The notes under the pieces were generated by a model. That model worked only from the letters and a program-made list of their open reading frames with translations. It ran no database searches and was not told where the DNA came from. The position numbers and the translations under genes were made by a program. This document shows, piece after piece, positions 40,001-52,000 of a stretch of 64,000 bases of DNA (position 1 is the stretch's first letter; each line of letters begins with the position of its first letter). Where the stretch lies: the NCBI GenBank assembly GCA_021817785.1, contig JAKAFY010000005.1:553-64552 (forward strand). Reading direction: 5' to 3'. Origin of the DNA: a bacterium (GTDB lineage: Bacteria > Patescibacteriota > Microgenomatia > UBA10105 > UBA927).

Positions 40001-43000
40001 TCAGCAAGCGCTTGATGATCTGACGGCGGAGATTTCAAACAGACCGACGAACCCGACCTTGTGGGATCGTGTTACGGCCATGGCTGCGCGGATTCTTGTC
40101 AAACAGCCGGATCCGCTTGCCGGATATGCCACTGAAATTGCGAATGCAAACGCACATATAGCTGCTCGTCGAAATCCTCCGGTACGTCACGAAGCCAGAG
40201 TGGGGGATACGTATCGGTTTGCCCCGAGCGCGTACCCAGCAAACGTCAACGCATTAACGGGTGCTTCCATCGGAGGAGACACGACAAGTAAAATTTTGAT
40301 TCCGGGCCTGGGTCTCGGACTCTATGCATCCTTTGACAATGGCCGTTGGCAATTACATCACCAAGATCGTTTTAAATCGGGCGTCTTTATAAATACAACA
40401 CCGGTCCCTGTAAATAAGCAAGGGCCATTATCCTCTGGTGATACGATCGTCATCGGGGACGTGCGGCTTGTGGTGACTATAGATAGCGACAATAGCCTGA
40501 TGATTCATATCGAACAGCTTGTTTCCGGCCAGCCGGCGCAACACCCGGTTGTTCATAAAAATGACACACAGCATTTTGCCGCAAACGATTTTACAACACC
40601 CGACCAGGTTGTGACGCTGGGAATCAATATCTACTCGACAATCCGGTTTGATCCTGGTCAGGCACCAAGTATCCAACCGCATCATGCGCATGTCTTCAGA
40701 AATTCCGGTTCATGGATTATTACATCTGCGGATACACAGGCTACCGGCACTATCCGACGACCTGATGGTTCTGAATATCCATTACAAGGTCTCACGGGAT
40801 TGCATGACGGCGACATCCTATACCTTGGAAGCGACGTCGTCATAACGGTGAACGTTGACCCGACAACTCATGACCTCACCTTACTTGAAACGACCATAGG
40901 CGATAGCGTCGAGGTGGCACGGAATAAGACAGAAGCGCGTGCGAAGCTTCAGGCGATTATTGATCTTGGAAAGAATCCTGCAGGCTACGACAACGCGAAA
41001 TTATCAGCGTATGTTTCCGATCTGCAGACGGTTGCCGATGGGCTTGCACAGGCGGATCAGGCCGTATTTGGCACAAATACCACCGCATTATCCGGACAGT
41101 TGCATCAGGCGGCGCTTGAGCTCGGGCAGCTTGTCGTCGGGTATCATACACGCGTGTACAACAACAACGCTCCGTTCTTTGATTTTAGCCGGGTGCAGCA
41201 GATGGAAGATGATGTGAATACCATTCCGGAGCTTACGAAGGAAGAAAAAGCGCAGGTGTGGGACGGTTTCGAAAAGACGGTGTATCGGGATTATATCGGA
41301 TCGGTGTACGGCTCGATTGCCGGGATGGAAACCGAAATGTATGGTTCTTCACACTCGCTCCCGCCGTCGGACCTCGATAGCATGTCTCTGGCGGATTTAC
41401 AGAGAGAAAAAACAATGGCGGAAGGGACTTTTGCGGTGACAAACGACGCATATAAAGAATTTTTACGGGATAAGAATCGTTTTGAAACGAATCGGAAAGC
41501 GATACAGGCAAAAGCCCGGGCAATGGCGGACGCAATGAACACGGCGTTTGCTAAAGGTCAGATGACGAAAAATATTCGTGTAGAAGTAAGCCAGGAAGGA
41601 ATAATTCAACTTATTCCAGCTGATAATAGCCCGCTATTAAGTCTTCGAATTGGACTAGACACTCCGCAGGAATATATATCAGATCAAAGAGATGATGGGG
41701 CGGTTCATATAATTTTAGGGACAACCGGATTATCGGTGGCACCAGCAATACTCAATATTGAGTCAAGAAATGTGGGGTCTGGTGTCGGAAATGAAGCGTT
41801 GTCGATCATAGAAACGGTTGTTAAACGTGCAGGATTCGGTGGGATGTTGGTGCAGGGGAATACATCAGTATTGTCGTTTGGTTTTTGGTCAACAAACGAA
41901 TATTGGGTGGCGGATACAAAGCAAAATTTGGATGAGTTGCAACGGTATAGCCGTGCACGTCAAATGTACAAAATATTCGGTAAAGCATTACCGAAGCCAA
42001 CACAAGAAGTATCACGACGTGAGCAGATTAATCGATTACAGGCACAAATCTTTGGATGGTTGGCGCTGGCTCGTAGTATTAATATGTCATCCGACGAATT
42101 ACGTACGAGCATGTCTCCGGATGATTTACAAAAGTTGGTAATTGGAAAGACCAATATCTATATCGCGGGAGCGCTGGTTCCCGACGGTCTGCCGTTGGCA
42201 TGGCAGGAGCCGATTATTCTAGCGCTCACCGATCTTGAAGCCGGCGTGCCGCCGCTGGGCATGTACGATACCTCTGTACGCGTCCTGAACCGTCCGGAGG
42301 TCCATAATGCGCTCATCCAGCTTATTGGAGCAATCAAAGCCCAAACCGATGGCGGCGGCGAATATCTGAAAGCACTTGGGGAGGCAATCGTTGCCGGCGC
42401 CAACAATCCGAAAGAGATGGCAAAATTGCTGAATAACCTTACTTCGTATTGGACTACCCCTGCGAAAATACTGAAAGACTCGTCGTTGCCCGGGCGGCAG
42501 CAATTTATCGACACCTATGGGCCCGTCATCGCCAAAGGCGAGTCAGGCAATCAGTTTGCGGATGCGCTCTATACACATTACAGTGCATTGAAAAGCGAAG
42601 AGCAGGATGCTCTCGCGGCGTTATTCGCGGATGATGGAACAATGCGTACGCCGGTTGCGCACGCAATACAAACGCTGAAGCCATCGTATGCCCAAAAACG
42701 AAGGGAAGATAGCCTGACGGTGGCTGCGCGCGACGCGTTGTTGCCGGAGATCAAAACGCTTCATGCGTTCACCTTTCTGTCCGACGATGAAATAAAGAAC
42801 GAGATACCGACGGACATCACGAATCAGGTGGTCGAGGGTGCGTACGTCATGGATACGAACGTGAGCGGGGAGTTAAGCGCGCTTGCGCCGCAGCAGCAGG
42901 CTGTGGTGCGCAACGGTTTCGATGTGCGCGCGGATATCGTACGCGACGCGTGGGCAAAAAGCGATATCAGCCCGTTCGGCGCACTTTTTGATACGAATGT

Positions 43001-46000
43001 GCTGTTTAGCTCCTTGGTGTCGCAAATAGCCGATCTGCACGAGGCAGATGCCGTCAGTCAGTTCCGTGCGGCACTGTCTGCATTCCCATCGGATTTGTAC
43101 GCATCGATGAGGGCACGGGATACCGTGAATAAACCGGATGCGTATCAAATACAAGCTGAAATACATGCGAAGTACGTCGCCGCGACAATACGGGGGAAAA
43201 TAAGTAGTTCGTTCCCGATGCAAGAGCAAAGATTGTTGGCGTTTTTGAACAACGGATTACTTGAAAACAACAATCATCCCCCGTTCCCCAATTTGGAATC
43301 GTTATTGAAGTATCTGCTGATCGGTGACGTGCCGTCGGATCAACAATTCGACGAAGCGTCATTACGGGAGCGCGTTGCCTCCATGGATACCGGAGTGACG
43401 GGCCCGCTTATGGATACGCTTGCCAAAGCGATACAACAGATGCTTCCTCTTCTTGACGGGATTGTTGCCCGTTCCGAGCCGCTGCCCGCCGTAAATATAG
43501 CGCCGGGTACGACCACCACGACGCATGTCGCGTTGCTCCGTGCGATGCATGACTATAACGACAATGCGCCGCGTTCGATGCGGTTTACGCCGGCATCCGA
43601 TTTTACCCTCCGGCCGATAGAAGATCAGGTGAACGAGTTTCTGACGTTTGTCGAAAACCGCACAGGTCAGTGGACGCGTCAAACCTCCCCACGGGAGGGG
43701 AAAGTGGGGGTAGCAAATACGTTTAATGGAATGACGTTCGCTGAAGGGAAGGCCCCGTTAATCATCGGCACGAGTAAATCGAATACGATTTGGTTTGATT
43801 CAGCCGTCGCAAAATCGGTAGCAGAGAAGCACGCGGAGATATATTTGGAACTTCATTCGGATAGTCCAAACAAGCTTTGGATTCGGGCTGTAAGCGACAC
43901 TACCCCGATTACCATTTTCGATCATCGTGGTGAGAAACTACGGACTCAATCTGGTGCTGTACTCGGAGATGGATATACGATACAACTCGGATCAGACGTT
44001 GTACTTTCCGTAAAATATGACAATTATTCATATCAGTTCACTCTCACCCCGACGAAAGTAGGGGAGGCGATTACTGCGGATGCCCTTGACCAACTGCTTG
44101 CCAAATTGATCCCCGGGTATGACACGCAGAAGCTGCCGCCGGAACAGGTTACGGCGATCCGTAAGGCCGTCTACGGCTTGGTACCGGCAGGAGCCGCAGC
44201 AGAAAGCCTGGATGCCGCGCTCAAACAGCCCGCGGTGCAGGAATTCTTAACCACACTGCAGACGAATATCAATGCGCTGACCAAAGCGCAGCTTCCCAAT
44301 GTGCAGGCGATTATCGGTAATGTCCAGACGGACTATCAGACCGTCCTTGCCCGTCTACCGATATTTATCCGAGTGTTGGGGTCTGTAAATATTGCGGATG
44401 TGAACAATGTGACTATTGCACTGACTTCTATGAACGCTGCCATACAGGTTGCGGAAACAAATCCACAATTATCTGCTTTAGCGGTGGCATCGTCGGACCG
44501 GAACAGTTTTGTGGAGGATCAATCGGTCATAAATTTGCTTCGGGGAATCATTTTGAATGCCTTTGGTACCCACGCTATCATCGTTTCAGAGCTATCTCCG
44601 GATACGTATAGCTCTCTTGTTACCTCGCTAGGGGAATATGTTTGGTCACTTGCGGTTAAAACGCCATCTCTTGATGGATTTTGGGATGCTGATAGAGGTG
44701 CAATCCTTATACAAAAAGCATTAGACGAAAAAGATAATCGGACACCAGTATTACCGGAATTTGTTGAGCTCACCAATCAGGCAGTTGGATCAGATAAAGT
44801 GCTTTATATGGAAGTATATGCGGAAGAAATTTTGACGAATCGCGAAATTTTGTATTTTTTGGATTTGGCACGAACCAGAATCCTCGCACAGCAACAAAAA
44901 TTAGAAAAGTATAACGCAGATTGGAGACGCCTACAGCTTGCCGCAGAGCAGGATCCAGCTATCAAAATTGGCAAAGAATTAGAAAAATTATATCCGTTAG
45001 AGTCGAACGCTCTCATGATGCAGTCAGCGGGTGGATCACTTCAGCTTGACGAAGCCAATAGGGCTATTTCGTATATCACCGGCGTACCGATTGAAGAGGT
45101 GCAAAAAGGGAATTACCCAAAGGGTACAAAGCCGGATTTGACGCCGGAGGTGATACGTTCACGGCTCGTTGCTCACGGCGATTATGATCATGTTTTGAGT
45201 GAAACTGAAATAGGAAGACTGATGATAGCCGAGGATGAGAAAGATCATTACGATATCATGCGTACCCGTACACCGAGGTTTGCGCCGGTTGGCGGTACAT
45301 TAGATCAAAATCCGCTGGTAAATTTGCTGTTTGGACTCACCGGCAAACGGTACCGTATCCCCGCGGATAATGCGGCACTGACGGAGGAGGATGTCGTCGT
45401 CGCATTCGAGCGGAATTACGATTTTCTCGTGCAGGATTACGCTCTTCCGACACTCATTTCATCAAGTGGAAAGCCGGATGTATATTTCAATGCGCTGATG
45501 GTGGTCGCGCAAGAGAACGGAGTAGAAGTAAAACTTGTTTCCGACCCCTCGAATCCTCAACCGCAGGCCCGGGGTCTGTTCCATGGCACGCCAACAAATA
45601 AAACGATCTATATTCCGACATTGGATAGTAATTCCAACAGGGAATTAGCGCATGAATTGGTCCATGCGCTGCAGTTTATTAAACATCCCGGCATGTCCAG
45701 ACTCATGCGCGAATTTGAGGCATATCTGATATCGGATTATCCGAAAAATAGAGTACCAAAAGTCGGATATCTGAGGAAATTTTTGCAGATTATTGCGGAC
45801 ACTGTCGGTCCAACATATGTTGCCGTAGGACAGCCGATTCCGTGGGAATTTCAGCCGGTTGATGTTTCCAATAGTGCACCGGAGGGATCGGATATATCGA
45901 CGCCAGTTGCTCTTGACCAACTACTTGCAAAGCTGATTCCGGGGTATGACAAACTGAAGAAAGATCAACAGACTGCGGTTCGGAAAACGATATATGGGCT

Positions 46001-49000
46001 CGTTCCGGGAATTAGTTTTGGAGAAAACATAGATGATGCATTGCAGCAACCCGCGGTGCAGGAATTCTTAACCACGCTGCAGACAAATATAGGCGCATTG
46101 ACCAAAGCACAGCTTCCGAACGTGCAGGAGATCATCGGCAATGTCCAGACGGACTATCAGACCGTCCTTGCCCGTCTGCCGATTTACGCCCTGGTAATGA
46201 GTTCGGCGAATGTGACGGATGTCCCGAAAGCCCTTATTGCGGCACAGAAAGCGATCGATGAAGTCGAGCATAGCCCACATCTTTCCGTTGGAGCGCAAAC
46301 CGCGGCGAGCGCCAGCGTGTTTACAGACGATATGAAATTTTCAGTGACGGAGAATGTAATGCGTGCATCTCTTGGATCTCAAGGGTATACGGGGACAGCA
46401 GAAGATATTGCATTGATACATCAGCAGTATGGTATCTCAGACGACGAGTTGAATACGCTGATAACCGCTTTGTGGACGTATGTATGGAATAGAGAGAGTC
46501 GAGAAATCCAAATTCGTGATCAGTTGAATAGCATCCTTTCGGATGCCAGTCCGGAATTTAAGGCATTACCTGAATTTGAACGCGACGACATTATCGAAGC
46601 ACTGCGTATTTCTTACCCCGATAATACAACACTTGCCGCGGTCGCGACTGATTTTTCCGAATCCGGCAAACGGGCGAAAGAGTTGCATGCGTTAGTGACC
46701 TTGTTGGCACAAAAGACGTCGATAAACGATTATGTGTTAACCAGTATTATGTTGCATACGCCTCAAAATCCGGAAACATGGAGCACGTTGTACGATACAT
46801 CGATAAAGGTCAGCGCACTCCTAGAACAGGTTTCGGAATCCAATAGACAGGACCAGTCGAAACAAGCGTATCAAGTATTATTGCAGGCGATCAAATTGAT
46901 CGGGAATGATCAGACAGTCTGGTCAGTGATGCAGCGTGAAGCCGATCGTTTTATAAACGTCATCGCTATTTTAGCTGCAAAGCGTTCGGGGGGCATTACT
47001 CCCAAAGATGCACAAGCGCTGTATACTGCTCTGCGTATTCCGGTCGCGCAAAAAACGAAATATGATGGTTTATTAAATAAATCGGATTTGTCAGTACTGG
47101 GCGCTCCTGAAGCGGATTCGAAGTGGGCGGCATTTGATGCATTAGCGGTTGTGTACTTCCGCAAGGTTCCCGAAGCTCCATCCGAAGACCCACGTGTGCA
47201 GGAAATTCGCGGGCTATATGGAAGATTTGTACGATCATTATCGACGGTGCAGGGAGTGTACGTGATAAAAATGTCCAGTGAATGGGCAGCTGTTTTAAGT
47301 CTTTTGAAAGGCGGGTCTATTGTTTATGTTCCGAACGGAGCGTTGGATACAAAGTTTGAGCCGAAGGCTGTTGTCGATGCCGCAACGTTCCAATCCGGAA
47401 TTCGTGAAGCGGTGGATTACATGAATTTTCCTTCCAAAGAAGCGTATGCGAGAGCAAAAATAACCGTATGGATATTGGACAAAATGTTGTCCGTGGAGCA
47501 GTATTATGCGTCGAAGAATACGTTGAGTGTGCTGCAACAAAAAAGCGGAGAACTTGGCCAGATTGATCAACAAATAAGTGCGTTGTTGCGGACCGATCTT
47601 AGCTCTGGCACGACGCAGGAATCTTTGCAGCAGATATATGCCGCCTTGTACGCACTTCTGCCGGCAGATAGTGGTTTTCCGGCCGATGATACGAGTGAAA
47701 TAGACGCATTAATAAGCAGCATAAATACTTTTGGACAACCGAAAGAAGTCCGTCAGGTTGTCACTCATCTTGCGACAACATTCGGCATTCCGGATGAACA
47801 GATCAAACAGGTTGTCGATCAGGTGGTGGCTAATCTTAAGGATTCCACGGCTGCCGGTACGGTTCCGGCCTGGAAAGCGATAGAGGATGCGCTGAATGCA
47901 AAGCCGAAGTTTGCGAAAGACGTTTTACCGCTTATAAAGAATCAATTCGCAGCGCTTCAGAAGGCGCAAGCGGACGTATCCCGAATACAGGCGTTACTCA
48001 CTATCTACGCCCGGACGCTCATCTCCATCCCGCTCGGGAAGATAGCTGAAGCGCCAACGGTCTTATCGCAGGAACAGAAAGCGATTGCAGCGCTGGAAGA
48101 ATCAAGTTCCGGGTGGGTGTCGGATGCGACGACTATCGATGAATTCCTCGCGGACAATACACGTACCGGTACCACCAACGAAGTCCGCATTCAAACAGGC
48201 CTCAAAGATACCAAGATTCTCCAGCCGAAAGATGACAAAACCCCGAATGCGTTCGGCATAAGTCTCACAAATTACACGCGTATCGTTTCCGATATAGGGC
48301 AGTATTTGTGGAAGAAGGGGGAGGATGTCCGCACGAAAGCGATTCTTGCGATGGTAGAACCATATGATGCCCAGCGCGATGCGTCATACATCTCACGAAT
48401 CGAACAAGCGGCAAAAACGAACGGATTGCAGATTAAAGTAGTTGGATATATAGCAAAAGGAGCGCAAGGATATGTTTATTTAGTGCAACTATTAAATGCA
48501 AAACAAGTCAACATACCCGAATATGTAGCAGCTAAAGCCGACGATTTGGCACAAAAGCTAGGTGTAAATGATGCGCCGCATGAGTATGAGCTTGCCGGAA
48601 AATTACGGCAGGCAGAACAAACCGGCGAATTCGACATCAGCGACCCCTCGAAATTATATACAGTTGATCCATATGCAGTTGACGCAAAGAATAAAGTGCT
48701 ATTTGAGGAGCTGGTTCTAACGCAAAAATGGGATGATGAAAGTCAAGACGCGAAGATTTCCCGCGCAATGCAATTTGGTCATCGTACGTATTTAGTTCGT
48801 CAAGCTGGTTTCTATAATCAGGATAAGATCGGTGATTATCTGGCGGATATTAACAATAAACTTCATTTCTTTGATTCATCTTCGTATGGTACAAATCCGA
48901 AACTAGCGTTAGATGCAAATAGCCGGTTTATTACGCGCATTGTTGAAGCGCTCTATCCCGCCTCCGGTGCGACCGTAGAAAACATTTTTAGCGCACAATT

Positions 49001-52000
49001 CACAAATGATACCAATAGGTTAAATGTATTGTTGCAATCCCGACTTTTTGTTTCTCTACCGAAGATTATTCAGTACAACATACTTCTATTACTCGGAAAA
49101 ATATCAAGCAACTCGGGTCAGAATCTAAATAGTGCCGCAGCATTTAAAGAATTATTACTGGACATGCTTTCAGTTACGGCGAATAACCACATAGACAGTA
49201 AATTCATACCTGCTGAGTTGCATGGTGAATATCAGCAACAAGCGATCATTCACCGATTTTCTCGATTCGATAATGAAAATATTCTTGGTATGGCTGGAAT
49301 CACGATTGAGCAGGGGGCAAATGCGGAAGATAAATTATTAATATCGAATATCGTTCAAAGCCCTTCGCTTAATTTGATCTATTCATGGCATGATTTTAAT
49401 GTTGGAGTACCATACGAAAAATATTATGCTGGAATATTTATCAATCTGACGACACAAGAAAAAATAGATCACATTATTGGACTTGATCTTTCGCAATTTG
49501 ATCTGTCTCCAGAGGATTATGCTGTCATGCGCGTCATCCAATGGCACGCACAATATGTGAGGTATGGGTTTATGATGACTGGTCATCCTGATGTGAATAA
49601 TGCTTCAGCGATGAATCCATCGGAAAGCGCAGTGGCGCAACAACTCCGCACGTACGGCGTCATTAAAGTTCTTAAAAAGATGGGATCTCGAATGGAATTA
49701 GAGGCTGCACAAGGCCACCAACAGGCGGTTGATAAAGAATTATTGCCCTCCATGCGGGCATTCCAGGATGCCTTCGTTCAAAATATTTTTGGAGGGGATA
49801 AGCGCAAATTGAATAAACAGGATTTTCCGCTTACGCCCGAGCAGGTGAAGAAGGATATCGATAGTTATGTGCCAAACACAGCCAATACCGTTTCTACCCA
49901 ACTTACCGCGCTTATTTCCGATGCCACGCCGCTTAAAACCGATGAGCAGAAGGCGCAGATCAAAGCCGTGGTGGATGCGACTCTTGCCGAAATGGATGCC
50001 GTCACATTGCCCCAGGATATCTCGGCCCTGAAACCGGCAATCAGTGTGATCTACGGCGACGGCACGTCTTTGGTTCAACTTCCGGATTTCCTGAAACGCT
50101 TGCCGGTATTCATCCGTGAGCTTGTAGCAGCAACTCCTAAAGAGATGGAAAAATTATTGATCGGAACCAATACTGCAGTCACCGCGATGAAAAATTTTCC
50201 GATTGGTTTTAATAACCCGGCCGGAACGACAGAGGATGCATTCGTCAAAGACGTAAAGAATCGAACGTTTGTCCGGGATATGCTGGTAGACGGACATCTG
50301 TATCCTGCAAATTATTCCGGCATACCGATTACAGATGCCATTATTGAGCAAATACATACAGATTATGGCCTCACATCAACAGAATTCGACGGCGTTGTAA
50401 CGGCGATTCTTCACTATCTCTACACACCGACGGAGGAGGGTGGAACGGAAAGTATTCTTGGCGCGTCGCTTATTAGTCAATTTGGTATTACGGCTGATGC
50501 GGATAAACAAGCTGTTCAGAACTCTTTACGTGATGGCCTTACCGGCGTGACGCTTTCCGGGCCATTGGTTACTGCACTTTCGGATCCAAAGAGTGCGCCG
50601 TCTCAATTTACCGGAACAGTTATCAAAGAGCTTCGTGCAGACGGCGCCACAGCCCCGGCTATATCACGCATTTTGCCCACGATATTGTGGGTCTACGATC
50701 ATGCGGCCGCCGACAAAAAGCCGCTCGTGGCAACTACCCTGATCCCAAAAATTAATGAGGTTGATGCCGCAAACGCGATTATGTGGAAAACGTTTGTGGA
50801 TGGAAACGCAACCGAGCAGTATTTCATTGATACAGGAAGTGTTGTGGTAGGTACGTCCTTTGACACGGTTCTATCTTCGTTATTGCCCGATCAGGCGGCA
50901 GATGCACACTCAAAAGTGGTAAACGCCTATTTGCGGTACGCTCGGATCAAACACGGATCACGGGTGACGACGGAATTACAGTCATTTTTGGGTTATGTAA
51001 CACAACCGGAACATGTCCCGATGCCGCCCACCGCTCCCCAGGTATTTAAAGATATGCAAAAAACGGTGGAGGAATCCCCGTCACAAACAACAGCATATGA
51101 AGTGCAGGCAATAAACCAGCTTGCTTCGTTATACCGGACTGACCTGACGGTGAAGCGTACAGGTGGCGCGGAGGGGAAAGCACCTATGGTAGAAGTAAAC
51201 GGGAAGGAGCTTCTTCCGATTGCCGGACATATGTATCGGTACATTTATAAGCTTGATGATACACATGTGTTGAAGTTTGATATGGGAGGGCAAAATGAGA
51301 GTGAATTGGAACTAGAGGCACTAAATGATAATGTCCGGGCCGTATCCCCGATACTCGGATGGGGGATTGCATCGGATGGTTCGGTATTTCTTATAGAAGA
51401 ATATAGCGATGTCGTGATAAGTCAGTCTGACAATACCCAGCTTCGTGGTGATATACAGGGAATTATTGAATTATGGAATAGTGCGTACGTGAACAGTTCC
51501 GTAGCAGAACAGCAGGCCTTTTTGCATGAATATGGATTGCAAAGCGCAGATGAAATCAATCAGCTCGAGCAGATTGTGAAGGTAGACGAACAGATACATC
51601 TTGATGATTTTGCCATGGCTTCCCAAAATAAGCCTGAATCCGGGCAAATCGGACGCGGGCGGATAAGCCATAGATTGCAGCTCATAGATTTCGGACAAAA
51701 TAGCGTTCGGTCAGGCTATGCTCCCTATCTGCGGAGCTTCACCCATCTCCAGGAGATAGTGGACAAAATTGTAGCGGACAGAAAATCCGGCTCCGTCGGC
51801 GGGGAGGTCTCTGCGTTGGCGACACAGGCGTGGGATGCAAAAAACGAAGCGTGGGTAGATGCTGCCATAGAAGCTCTATCGCATGAAGGGTTTACCGACT
51901 GGAACGGGCTTCTTGTCTCATATTTTAGAGCGTATCGTGGTCCCAAAGATGAAATGCTGACTCCAAAACAGGTGGAGGATGCAGTAAATCATTACGAGCC

